Shown here: positions 1 to 9,713 of the stretch, in pieces
How positions within the stretch are numbered: the stretch's first letter is position 1
Layout of the letters: each line of letters opens with the position of its first letter
Source of the DNA: Nitrospirales bacterium
GTDB taxonomy: Bacteria; Nitrospirota; Nitrospiria; Nitrospirales; UBA8639
Direction: 5' to 3'
Assembly: GCA_029261255.1 (NCBI GenBank)
Contig: JAJDBQ010000171.1
Location: 1,705-65,704 of the forward strand
DNA: 64,000 bases
Program-made: the position numbers and the translations under genes
The notes under the pieces: generated by a model
What the model was told of the DNA's origin: nothing
Databases searched by the model: none
The model's input: only the letters and a program-made list of their open reading frames with translations

Positions 1-492
1 TTTTTTCACATTCCCCACAGAAAACCAGGCGTTATCAAAGGGCTTATACATGGGCTTCATGAGATATTTCAGGACAGGATATGCCAATGGAAGCGCAATG
101 AGAGTCCCAATTGCATGAGTCATATTATTAAAAAATGTTCGCCGAGGAACCCCTTGCTCAAGACAAGGGAGAGGCACCAAGACTTCCCCAGACTCAACAT
201 GAAGGTTATCTTCCAAATGAGCAATTTCCACATCATGAATGGTGACATACTGATCACGATTCAAGACAGGGAATTGCGCAAAATCAACTAGGGTCCCACG
301 AAGAACTATTTCCTCTTCGCTTATGACGGCTTGGACCTGACTAATCGGCAGGAGTCGGTCCACACGATCTCCACTTATTTCCTTGACCACGACATGGCTG
401 ATTTCATGCGACAATGGGTCCATAATGACTTTTGAAATCTTGCCGATTTCTTGATTGTCACATACCGCTTTTGCTGAGAGTTTTGGTTGCAT
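1..492 (-). CDS. PRC-barrel-fused Rieske iron-sulfur subunit of a quinol:cytochrome c reductase (3' end runs off the window)
   Basis: Manual translation from ATG at 492: MQPKLSAKAVCDNQEIGKISKVIMDPLSHEISHVVV (PRC-barrel-like) ...VPRRTFFNNMTHAIGTLIALPLAYPVLKYLMKP (RR motif plus TM anchor typical of Rieske N-termini). The Fe-S motifs lie outside the window; not in the ORF track. Confidence 0.65.
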   Translation of the reverse strand, partial: MQPKLSAKAVCDNQEIGKISKVIMDPLSHEISHVVVKEISGDRVDRLLPISQVQAVISEEEIVLRGTLVDFAQFPVLNRDQYVTIHDVEIAHLEDNLHVESGEVLVPLPCLEQGVPRRTFFNNMTHAIGTLIALPLAYPVLKYLMKPMYKPFDNAWFSVGNVKK

Positions 493-514
493 ATCTCTGT
501 AGTACCTAATGTCC

Positions 515-1324
515 CTAATTCATCTTAATCGGCTTTGGAGTTTCCACCGACGTATCTTTCAAGGATGCCAAAAATGCCACAAGAGCAACAATCTCTTCTT
601 CAAACATCAGGTCACGGTATTTATCAGGCATCTTCCCCTTTTTATACTGCTTATCAAATCCTTCTGCCATCCAGCTTTTTGGATTCAGGATTTTGTCCCT
701 AAGGGCCTCTGGAGTCATGAGACTGCCAATATTATCAAGGACAGGACCTCGTTTTTTTCCACCCGATCCAAACAACTTATGACAGTTGTAGCACTCTTGA
801 AGCTCCCATTGCTCCTTGCCGAGAGCCAGAAGATCACCAGAGGCAGCACCGCCTCCCCCACCCGTCTCTTCAACTACTTCAACCTTTGCTGCACCTCCGA
901 GCGAAGCTAACTGCTTAGAAATAGCCTTCGCCCTCTCATCCAAGGCTTTTGTCCTAGCAATTAACTCATCAGCTTTACCCTGCTCAGATGCAGCCTTTTG
1001 CCTTTTGAGGACTTTCGTAATTTTATCTGCCTCAATAGTAGGATCGAATTGCGGAAGAATGGAGGCTCCTGCGACATACATCCCAGACAACAAGATATAA
1101 AACGCCAAAAGAGCCCCAACGGCCTTTACACCCTCTAGCCTCTTCATTGGAGGCGCATCCAAAAGGATAAACACAACGGTCCCCAACATGGCATAGATAA
1201 AAAACATTATCTGGAAAATTTGAGGGAAATGCGTCTGCTGGGCAACCACCACCAAGATCACCCCAACGATGATTCCGATAGTCGCTTTCTTTAGGACATT
1301 TTTCGTCAAGCTTTGATTAGCCAT
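515..1324 (-). CDS. Membrane-anchored monoheme cytochrome c
   Basis: About three N-terminal TM helices, CYNCH heme motif, distal Met in KGKMP. Confidence 0.85.
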   Translation of the reverse strand: MANQSLTKNVLKKATIGIIVGVILVVVAQQTHFPQIFQIMFFIYAMLGTVVFILLDAPPMKRLEGVKAVGALLAFYILLSGMYVAGASILPQFDPTIEADKITKVLKRQKAASEQGKADELIARTKALDERAKAISKQLASLGGAAKVEVVEETGGGGGAASGDLLALGKEQWELQECYNCHKLFGSGGKKRGPVLDNIGSLMTPEALRDKILNPKSWMAEGFDKQYKKGKMPDKYRDLMFEEEIVALVAFLASLKDTSVETPKPIKMN

Positions 1325-1380
1325 ACGATTCCTTTTCTTCCTAATACGCTCTATTTGGCATCAGCCAGAATAGGCAAATC

Positions 1381-3066
1381 CTAATGTGCCTCAGCCTTTG
1401 CACTTGCAGGCTTCAGCGTAACCAGAATAGCAAAACTGACAACAGCAAAGAACATGATCGTCACAGCTGTAATCCACCAAGCCGAATAAGACAACGTTGG
1501 CGTAAAGGCTTCAGCCGTGAAATCGGGAACAAGATTATAGACATGAAAATATTTTCTGGTGAGGGACCGAACCGTTCCCATCAAACCCATCGTCCAAATA
1601 GCACTGAATGCAAGGAAAATTAAGACAAACTGGGACGCAAAGTCTATTTTTCCCCAAATAATAGTTCCTTGTTTAATAGCCCTGTTGTACATGATGTAAT
1701 TGACAATCGTCAGAAACACCAGCGTAAAGGCGGCCGCGTTTTTAGCTGGCATCAGGGCCAGCTCTTCGGCCCATTCAGGCAGCTCAAGATCATGAGTCGC
1801 CAGACCTTGAGTAGCCACAAACCCATGAGGCGTCATCCAAATGGCATCGGCCACGACAATCATCAAAAAACCAACCTTGATCATCGTGAACGCAGAAATC
1901 GTAAAATTCTTGAGCCCAGGCAGCCTACCAAGGATCATTGGAGCACCAACGATGGCCACTAAGTAAATGAGCGATTGCCACTCAGGCGGTGGAAACATCT
2001 TCCAAGCCACACCCATGACAGCAGGCATGATCAACACAGCTACGGCCACAAACCCTGAAATGCGTATATGCTCCACGCCCTCAATACGCTTGAGACTGAG
2101 CCAAATATAATAATTGCTCGCTAAAAAGATCAGCCCGATCATCGCCCCTTGCATTTCAAAGAACATCGACAATTGGTCGGCCATCATGTACGGACAAATT
2201 GACGCATCATAATCACAGAGTTCGTAAGCCAACAAATAGCCCATGAATGGCAGCAGCAGCAACGCACCGACCCCAATCATATTGCCGACAAAACCCATCC
2301 AGTCATAATAGGATCGCTCTTCGTCTGTTTTTGACCGCATAAACATATACGCCGCTATGAGACCAGCGATAAAACCACCAAACGTCACATTACCCACAAG
2401 CCTATGGAGATTTAACGGCATCCAACTAAAGTTGGCCATTTTATCCCACAAACCCGCATTTGTGACGAACTCGACAAGAGAAACCCCTTCAGCTGCTTTC
2501 GCAGGAGTATTCATAAAAGCTGTCGGCCCATCGATAACGAAGAGAGTCACAGTTCCTACAATATTCAAGAGAATTCCCAAGGCAATATGACGCCCTTTTA
2601 AGGGTCCCTTCATGGAATCCCAAGAATAGAAATACGTATAGAGAATTATTGTTTCCAGGATAAATAAGAGCGGATAAATAACCGCGAATACCAAGAAAAA
2701 ATGCTGAATAAGCCAGGTTGAGAATTCTGGATAGGTTCCTAGGAGCACAAAGAGGAACAGGCCACCCGTCAAAGCCGTCATACTGTAAAGAATGACGGTA
2801 ACCTTAATGACCTCCTTTGCCAGACGATCATACTTTGGATCGTTGTTCTTATAACCCAGCCACTCAGCGACGACGACAAAGATTGGCGCTCCCAAAATAA
2901 AGGCGGCAAATAAGATATGCAGGTTGGCAACGACCCAGACTGCCGTGCGATTTCCCGTATACGGGAAATCCACCTCTGGAGCAGGAACACTTTGCCCGTA
3001 CGCCAGAGCTGCTCCACCGACGAGCAAGCCCAATACCATCCATATACTTCTCTGTAAGGTTTTCAA
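1381..3066 (-). CDS. Cytochrome bd-like oxidase subunit (CydA-like, Nitrospira type)
   Basis: Many TM helices; CydA-like motifs ANLHILF, AFMNTP, LNLHRL, MGTVRS..R; located between cytochrome c genes. Confidence 0.75.
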   Translation of the reverse strand: MKTLQRSIWMVLGLLVGGAALAYGQSVPAPEVDFPYTGNRTAVWVVANLHILFAAFILGAPIFVVVAEWLGYKNNDPKYDRLAKEVIKVTVILYSMTALTGGLFLFVLLGTYPEFSTWLIQHFFLVFAVIYPLLFILETIILYTYFYSWDSMKGPLKGRHIALGILLNIVGTVTLFVIDGPTAFMNTPAKAAEGVSLVEFVTNAGLWDKMANFSWMPLNLHRLVGNVTFGGFIAGLIAAYMFMRSKTDEERSYYDWMGFVGNMIGVGALLLLPFMGYLLAYELCDYDASICPYMMADQLSMFFEMQGAMIGLIFLASNYYIWLSLKRIEGVEHIRISGFVAVAVLIMPAVMGVAWKMFPPPEWQSLIYLVAIVGAPMILGRLPGLKNFTISAFTMIKVGFLMIVVADAIWMTPHGFVATQGLATHDLELPEWAEELALMPAKNAAAFTLVFLTIVNYIMYNRAIKQGTIIWGKIDFASQFVLIFLAFSAIWTMGLMGTVRSLTRKYFHVYNLVPDFTAEAFTPTLSYSAWWITAVTIMFFAVVSFAILVTLKPASAKAEAH

Positions 3067-3122
3067 GGGTCGTCCCCCTCCTTTATCTTTCTTCTCGTTC
3101 CTGGAATTACGTTTCGGCCTTA

Positions 3123-3659
3123 TTAGTGAGCCGCATCACCTGCTGGCGCTTCTGCCGCAGGAGCTGATCCGGACGCACCAGCTGCCACCCATTTCTTGGT
3201 TGCGACATCATACTCCTTGCCCTTAAGGCCAAACGTGGCTTCAAACGCAATGACTTTCCAGATTTCATCCTCGGAGAGCTTGCTCTTCCATGGCTTCATT
3301 TTGGTGCCCTTCACTCCCTCGTTCACTCGCCAAAACCAAACAGAATCAGAATAGAGCTCCATTTGCTCCGTTCGGCGAAAGTCCCTGGCACCGGCCTTCA
3401 CTGGCTTCCCGTTTTTCCCATGACAACTAGCACAATTCACATCAATATTTTGCACTCCGGTATAGATAGCTTTCCCCTGCTCTAGAATCTCAGGGTTATT
3501 CCAGTAGCCATCAGGCATATGCTTGTCAGCATATTCGGCGGGAGCAGGCGGTGGCGGCTTTGGTGGACCTTCCCCACCACCACCACAAGCAGAAAGCGTC
3601 ATCCCCACAACGGCTAATCCCATCACAAATAAACTTCTCAAATTTCGGTATTCGTTCAT
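3123..3659 (-). CDS. Monoheme cytochrome c lipoprotein
   Basis: Lipobox LSAC, Pro-rich linker, CASCH heme motif, GTKMKPW distal Met. Confidence 0.85.
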   Translation of the reverse strand: MNEYRNLRSLFVMGLAVVGMTLSACGGGGEGPPKPPPPAPAEYADKHMPDGYWNNPEILEQGKAIYTGVQNIDVNCASCHGKNGKPVKAGARDFRRTEQMELYSDSVWFWRVNEGVKGTKMKPWKSKLSEDEIWKVIAFEATFGLKGKEYDVATKKWVAAGASGSAPAAEAPAGDAAH

Positions 3660-3983
3660 TAGTTCCCCCTCACGTACATAATTTCTTTTGTTCTTAATTT
3701 TTTCCGATAAACTTGATTCACTGCGCTTTCAAAAAATCTATACTTCAACTTTGTCATTTCTACTAATTCACCTCATGCAGGCGGGCTTTTAAGGCCTAAA
3801 AATGACCTGGATTTCTATCACAGACAAACGGCAAGCGTCAATTAAATCTTCTGTTCAAGATGATCGAGTTCCCTTCAAGGATCAAAATATTTATCTTGAC
3901 ATCCAATCTGAATTATTTTTGATTTCTTTGAGAAGGAGAAGGATAAAAGGAGGAGGAGGAAAAACAGATTTTGTCAGAACAAT

Positions 3984-4334
3984 TTAACTCACCTGAGGCT
4001 TTTGCCATTTCTTTGCCCAATCTTCCCAGGAGTGCCCAAATGCCGTATCTTCACCACTAAATTCTAGCTCGGCAATATCTTGGTATTTCACCAAGGAAGG
4101 CTCGGACTGATTTGCGAGGAAAATTTTCACATACGGCTCGTGATTTTTTTCTTGGCGATCAAAGACATAACCAATTACCTGTTCGCCATCCTTGAGATGA
4201 ATCGTCACATCGCCACGATAGTCACATGCATGCCCAATGGCCTCCCTGAGCATTGCCTCATCATCATGTACCCGCAATCGGCGCCCTTCCCATGATGGGG
4301 GATGATTATCCAAGACTTTGGCGTCACTCATCAC
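3984..4334 (-). CDS. Conserved hypothetical protein (possible Sm/SH3-like fold) downstream of hpnH
   Basis: Clean 116-aa ORF, RGDVTIHLKDGEQVIGYVFD beta-rich pattern, co-oriented with hpnH. Confidence 0.55.
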   Translation of the reverse strand: MMSDAKVLDNHPPSWEGRRLRVHDDEAMLREAIGHACDYRGDVTIHLKDGEQVIGYVFDRQEKNHEPYVKIFLANQSEPSLVKYQDIAELEFSGEDTAFGHSWEDWAKKWQKPQVS

Positions 4335-4404
4335 TCAACATTCATTTCAAGGCTGCAGGGGAACTGAAGGAAGTGCATAATTTGAAAATCTCAATACGTA
4401 GTCT

Positions 4405-5421
4405 CTAAACCGCATTGGGGAAAAGCGTGGCCCTGACTGTTCCAAAAAAACCGCCCCAGGTCCCGAACGTATCCTTAACTGCTGAGGCTTCATAGCCACA
4501 ATGCACCATGCAATCTTGGCACTGATCATGACGACCAGTCCCATAACGATCCCATTCCGTCTCTTCCATTAACTCTCGAAAGGTTGCAACATACCCTTCC
4601 TGCAATAAATAACAGGGGCGTTGCCAACCAAAAATGTTGTAGGTGGGATTTCCCCATGGGGTACATTCGTAATCCCGTTTGCCCATGAGAAACTCCAAAA
4701 ACAATGGCGACTGATTGAATTGCCATGCCCGCTTACGCTTCGTCAGTAATTGGGAAAACAGTGCCCTCGTTCGATCACGCTTCAAAAAGCTTTGCTGATC
4801 AGGCGCTTTGTCGTAACTATACCCAGGGGAAATCATCATCCCTTCAACACCCAACTCCATCATTTCATCAAAGAACTGCCGCACTCTCGCTGGTGCAGCA
4901 TCATCAAACAGCGTGGTATTCGTCGTGACGCGAAACCCTTTCGCCAATGCGGTACGAATCGCTTTCACGGCCACATCATAGACTCCGTCTCGACACACGG
5001 CATGGTCATGCTCTTCCTTGAGGCCATCCATATGAATACTGAATGTCAGATATTTAGATGGAGTATATTCCTCGATTTTCCGCTCTAGAAGAATGGCATT
5101 CGTACACAAATACACATACTTCTTTCGCTCAACAAGCCCTTCAACAATCGCTGGCATTTCCGGATGGATGAGCGGCTCTCCTCCTGGAATGCTGACAATC
5201 GGTGCCCCACATTCATCAGCCGCGGCCCAACATTGTTCGGGCGTCAGGCGTCGGTTCAAAATATGATCGGGATATTGGATTTTTCCGCAACCCGCGCACT
5301 CTAGGTTGCATCGAAACAACGGTTCCAGCATCAGGACTAATGGATAGCGCTCAACCCCTCTAAACTGCTTCGAAAGCGCATACTGCGAGACCGTATACAT
5401 TTGCGAGATAGGTACGCCCAT
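4405..5421 (-). CDS. hpnH: Adenosyl-hopene transferase, radical SAM
   Basis: LMLEPLFRCNLECAGCGKIQYP (CxxxCxxC), C-terminal CQDCMVHCGYE; lies in the shc locus. Confidence 0.93.
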   Translation of the reverse strand: MGVPISQMYTVSQYALSKQFRGVERYPLVLMLEPLFRCNLECAGCGKIQYPDHILNRRLTPEQCWAAADECGAPIVSIPGGEPLIHPEMPAIVEGLVERKKYVYLCTNAILLERKIEEYTPSKYLTFSIHMDGLKEEHDHAVCRDGVYDVAVKAIRTALAKGFRVTTNTTLFDDAAPARVRQFFDEMMELGVEGMMISPGYSYDKAPDQQSFLKRDRTRALFSQLLTKRKRAWQFNQSPLFLEFLMGKRDYECTPWGNPTYNIFGWQRPCYLLQEGYVATFRELMEETEWDRYGTGRHDQCQDCMVHCGYEASAVKDTFGTWGGFFGTVRATLFPNAV

Positions 5422-5550
5422 TATTTATTCACCTCCAAAGACAAGCCTAGTGCTCCTCTTTCCATACTCATGCACGTCACATTCATCATACTACGCGCCC
5501 TGCCATCACTCTAGACTTCATGGGTTTCTGCTATCAAACAGGAGGAATGA

Positions 5551-5626
5551 TGGAGGCGCCGAGCGGGATCGAACCGCTGAATCGCAGTTTTGCAGACTGC
5601 TCCCTTAACCACTTGGGTACGGCGCC
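5551..5626 (-). tRNA. tRNA-Cys(GCA)
   Basis: Reverse complement GGCGCCGTACCCAAGTGG...GTCTGCAAAAC...GGTTCGATCCCGCTCGGCGCCTCCA; cloverleaf with encoded CCA. Confidence 0.96.
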
Positions 5627-5712
5627 TTCGTTATTCATTATACGGAGTTGTTTTTCTTCTACACAACTAGGAATTGATTTAATTTTGTTATCTCACGCTA
5701 CGAGATAACATC

Positions 5713-6891
5713 TCACTTGAGAGGCAATACGGGGATTTCCCTTGAGGACGGGCCGGAGCGAGCCACCACCACTTCTTCCAGCGGGCCAGTTAACGAAGAG
5801 GAGGCTACACCACCTGCATTCTCAGCATCTTGCTCTTTCGCCATGGCTTCAACTTCTTCGATTAATGTGTCCATCAACTCTTCTGACGGGACACGTTTAT
5901 AGAGCTTCCCTTTTTTGAACACAATTCCTACCCCTTCACCTCCTGCGATCCCAATATCCGCTTCTTTTCCTTCACCAATACCATTTACCACGCAACCTAA
6001 GACAGAAACGGTAATGGGATTTGTTATGTGCGCTAATCGATGCTCCAATTCATTAGCCATTTTAACGACATCAATTTCCACACGCCCACAGGTCGGACAA
6101 GCAATCACATTCACTCCACGATGACGAAGCTCAAGCGACTTCAAGATCTCAAAGCCTACTTTGACTTCCTCAACTGGATCAGCCGCTAAGGAGACTCTCA
6201 GCGTGTCCCCAATTCCCTGAGAAAGCAACCATCCCAATCCTATCGCAGATTTCACGGCACCAGTGGCAGCCGTTCCTGCTTCCGTAATGCCAATGTGCAA
6301 AGGAGCATTCGACTGCTGCGCAAAAAGCCAATACGCATCAATAGCCATGTGGACATCAGACGCCTTCAAGGACACTTTCATATTGGTAAAACCCACATCC
6401 TCTAACGCATGAACTGCATTCAGTGCTGATTCAGCCAAGGCTTCTGCCGTCGGGTATCCATATTTATCTAACAAATGCTTTTCAAGAGAACCACCATTCA
6501 CGCCAACCCTAAGAGGAATACCATTATCATTCACGGCTTTAATGACCTCTTCCGTTTTCCACCAGGGGCCAATATTCCCAGGATTGATACGGACACAATC
6601 CACCACTTCAGCAGCCTTCAACGCTAAACGGTGATCAAAATGAATATCGGCGATTAACGGCACGGTTGTTTGGGCTTTGATTTTTGGAAGCGCATCGACC
6701 GCCTCCATATCAGGAACCGCCAGACGGATTAATTCACACCCTGCCGCTTCCAATTGATGAATCTGTTCAAGAGTTCCAACCACATCCCGAGGATGTGGAA
6801 TGGTCATGGATTGGACCGAAATCGGTGCATCTCCACCAATTTTCACCCCTCCGACCAATACCTGTCGTGTTTTTCGTCGCGTAATATGCAT
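5713..6891 (-). CDS. ispG: 4-hydroxy-3-methylbut-2-en-1-yl diphosphate synthase
   Basis: PISVQSMT, ADIHFD, RINPGNIG, CPTCGR, GCVVNG.GE motifs. Confidence 0.96.
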   Translation of the reverse strand: MHITRRKTRQVLVGGVKIGGDAPISVQSMTIPHPRDVVGTLEQIHQLEAAGCELIRLAVPDMEAVDALPKIKAQTTVPLIADIHFDHRLALKAAEVVDCVRINPGNIGPWWKTEEVIKAVNDNGIPLRVGVNGGSLEKHLLDKYGYPTAEALAESALNAVHALEDVGFTNMKVSLKASDVHMAIDAYWLFAQQSNAPLHIGITEAGTAATGAVKSAIGLGWLLSQGIGDTLRVSLAADPVEEVKVGFEILKSLELRHRGVNVIACPTCGRVEIDVVKMANELEHRLAHITNPITVSVLGCVVNGIGEGKEADIGIAGGEGVGIVFKKGKLYKRVPSEELMDTLIEEVEAMAKEQDAENAGGVASSSLTGPLEEVVVARSGPSSREIPVLPLK

Positions 6892-6900
6892 AAGACAATG

Positions 6901-8802
6901 CTACCGTAAAATGGCTTTCAAGGAAACTCTATCATACAGGGCCTTCGCTTGGTCGTAAATTCCCTCTGCTGTCAGACCGTATTTCTCTCGCAGTAATTCC
7001 TGTGGACCTTGTTCAATATACCAATCGGGCAATCCTAGTATTTTCGTTGGGAGCTCCCAACATCCCTCTTCTGAGAGAAACTCTAACACAGCAGAGCCAA
7101 AGCCACCCATTCGACAGCCTTCTTCTACCGTGAGTAGACATTTCACTTTTTTTGCCAACTCGCGGATGAGATCTTTATCCAAAGGTTTGACAAAACGTGC
7201 GTTCATGACTGCCACTGAGACGCCTTCCTCTTTTAATTGCGCAGCGGCTTTCATGGCTTCTGATACGGTGACGCCAATCGCTAGAATTGCGACATCTTGC
7301 CCTTCGATTAATAATTCACCTTGGCCAATTTCAAGCGGAATCGGTTGAGGGTCCAATGGAACACCTAAACTACTCGCTCGGGGATAACGAACCGCGATCG
7401 GTCCATCATGCACTAAACTCGTTTGCACCATATGCTGCAATTCATTTTCATCTTTTGGTGCCATGATCACCATATTCGGCATATGACGAAGATAGGCAAA
7501 ATCAAAGGCACCATGATGCGTCGTCCCATCTTCTGCTACTAATCCTCCTCGATCTATACAGAACGTCACTGGAAGGTTTTGAGTCGCCACATCATGCACG
7601 ACTTGATCATAGGCACGTTGCAAAAATGTTGAATACATGCAAATCACTGGACGCATATTCTCAGCCGCAAGGCCCGCTGCATACGTCACCGCATGTTGCT
7701 CAGCAATACCGACATCTATGAGCCTCTCTGGGAAAGCCTTCTGAAATTCAGACATTCCCGTGCCTTCACACATTGCTGCAGTAATCACAACTACACGGCT
7801 ATCAAGTCTAGCCTGACGAATCAATGTATTCGCAGCAATCGAACTATAGGATGGAGGCCCCGTTTTTTTGATAGCTTGCCCGGTTTTTTTGTCAAAAGGT
7901 GAACAGGCATGAAACCACACAGGATTGCTCATCGCAGGTTCAAATCCCAACCCTTTTTTGGTAATGACATGCAGGAGCGTCGGGCCCTTGAGCTTTAATA
8001 CATTATCCAACGTTGGCAACAAATGCTCAAAATTATGTCCATCAATCGGACCCACATATCGAAACCCCAATTCCTCAAATAATAGGCCCGGGAGGAGCAA
8101 GCCTTTGGCTAATTCCTCAGCACGCATGGCCATCTGATTCACATTCTCTCCAATTTGAGGAATCGTCTTTAACAAGTGGGAAGTTTCCTCCCGAAATCTC
8201 GTGTAAAATTCCCCCGTAAAGGTTCGGTTCAGATAGGCAGAGATAGCCCCAACATTGCGGGAAATGGACATTTGATTATCATTCAATACCACCACAAAAT
8301 CTCGTCCCATATCTCCGGCATGTTGAAGGCCTTCTAATGTCATGCCAGAGGTTAATGCCCCATCCCCAAGCACACATACGACTTTTTGGGAACCTTGCAA
8401 CTGCTCTCGAGCTTCGACAAACCCAACAGCAGCAGATACTCCCGTCCCAGCATGCCCAGCATTAAATGTGTCATACACACTTTCTTCTCGTTTGCAAAAT
8501 CCACTCATCCCTCCAAATTGTCGAATGGTGTGAAATTGATCACGTCGACCGGTCAACAATTTATGCGTATAGGCTTGATTACTGGTATCCCAAATAATTT
8601 TATCGTCAGGAGCATGAAGCAAATAATGCAGCGCCACCGTCAGCTCAACAACACCGAGATTTGAGGCCAGATGCCCCCCCACTCCAGAAATCACGTCAAT
8701 GATCTGTTCTCGAATTTCCTGACAGAGTTCAGGGAATTGCTCAGGAGAGATTTTCTTTAAATCGGCGGGACTTTCAATCCTCTTCAACAAGGACATCAGC
8801 AA
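6901..8802 (-). CDS. dxs: 1-deoxy-D-xylulose-5-phosphate synthase
   Basis: GGHLASNLGVVELT, GDGALT...NDN TPP motif, IAEQHA, DGTTHHG. Confidence 0.96.
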   Translation of the reverse strand: MLMSLLKRIESPADLKKISPEQFPELCQEIREQIIDVISGVGGHLASNLGVVELTVALHYLLHAPDDKIIWDTSNQAYTHKLLTGRRDQFHTIRQFGGMSGFCKREESVYDTFNAGHAGTGVSAAVGFVEAREQLQGSQKVVCVLGDGALTSGMTLEGLQHAGDMGRDFVVVLNDNQMSISRNVGAISAYLNRTFTGEFYTRFREETSHLLKTIPQIGENVNQMAMRAEELAKGLLLPGLLFEELGFRYVGPIDGHNFEHLLPTLDNVLKLKGPTLLHVITKKGLGFEPAMSNPVWFHACSPFDKKTGQAIKKTGPPSYSSIAANTLIRQARLDSRVVVITAAMCEGTGMSEFQKAFPERLIDVGIAEQHAVTYAAGLAAENMRPVICMYSTFLQRAYDQVVHDVATQNLPVTFCIDRGGLVAEDGTTHHGAFDFAYLRHMPNMVIMAPKDENELQHMVQTSLVHDGPIAVRYPRASSLGVPLDPQPIPLEIGQGELLIEGQDVAILAIGVTVSEAMKAAAQLKEEGVSVAVMNARFVKPLDKDLIRELAKKVKCLLTVEEGCRMGGFGSAVLEFLSEEGCWELPTKILGLPDWYIEQGPQELLREKYGLTAEGIYDQAKALYDRVSLKAILR

Positions 8803-8915
8803 TCCTTTCTGAAAACACTTAAAAAATTTGTCAGGGAATAATGGAGAGAATACCGACGACTACGTAAATTCAGAAAAAATTCTCTCATAGCAACTATACC
8901 TTGTCAACAAAGCTA

Positions 8916-9689
8916 TCAGCGCAAGCAATCGTCATCGCACAGTTGAGGAACTTCGCGTTCAACCACATGTAGTTGTCGTAAGAGATCTCGAGCTTGAGGT
9001 CGATGAATTCGCTCCCAAATCCACATCTTTTCAAGTGGTGGATTCTCTACCACCAACATGAATTCTCGCACGGCTTCGGCTTCGTATCCTTGGCTCAGAT
9101 ACCATCGACCCAGATCAAGATGCCCTGGGACATAGTGGCTATCAAGCGAGACCGCTTTCTTGAGATGTTCTCCTGCACCATCTTGATCTCCACCTAAAAA
9201 CCACGGCAACTCCTCGTACATTCGCCCTAACATATGATGTGCAGGTGCGTACGTTGGATCAAGCTCCAAGGCTCGACGAACATGGTGCTTTAACTCTTGT
9301 ATCGTCAATGCCCCAGACATTACACCCTGTAACTCAGTCGCACTACCCAGATTGGCTGCATACAGAAAATGGGCATCAGCTGACGCTTCTTGTTGCTCCA
9401 AAGCTTTTTTGGCTAGTCGAGCTCCCTCTTGAAAAGCACCTATTTTTTTTTCCTGGTCAACGTACAACCCATACCCCAAGTCCAAATACAGACTCGCCAA
9501 ACGACACAACTCCTCAAGATTTATTGATTGGGCCATCCCCAGAGAAAGCAAATCTTGGAGTTCCTTCTCCAGTTCGCCTGGAGAATCGGAACTCTGAACC
9601 GAATCGCTCAATCCCCATCCTAAAGATCCCAAAAGCCCCGAGCTTAGACCAAAGACGAGAATGAACAGCACTTTGCAGTTAAGATTCAT
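8916..9689 (-). CDS. Exported TPR protein, TatT (TRAP T-component)-like
   Basis: N-terminal hydrophobic signal, TPR helices, AHFLYAANLG...LGRMYEELPWFLGGD..A.EHL pattern recalling TatT-like proteins. Confidence 0.6.
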   Translation of the reverse strand: MNLNCKVLFILVFGLSSGLLGSLGWGLSDSVQSSDSPGELEKELQDLLSLGMAQSINLEELCRLASLYLDLGYGLYVDQEKKIGAFQEGARLAKKALEQQEASADAHFLYAANLGSATELQGVMSGALTIQELKHHVRRALELDPTYAPAHHMLGRMYEELPWFLGGDQDGAGEHLKKAVSLDSHYVPGHLDLGRWYLSQGYEAEAVREFMLVVENPPLEKMWIWERIHRPQARDLLRQLHVVEREVPQLCDDDCLR

Positions 9690-9713
9690 TTCTCCCTCAA
9701 TTTTTACAGATGC

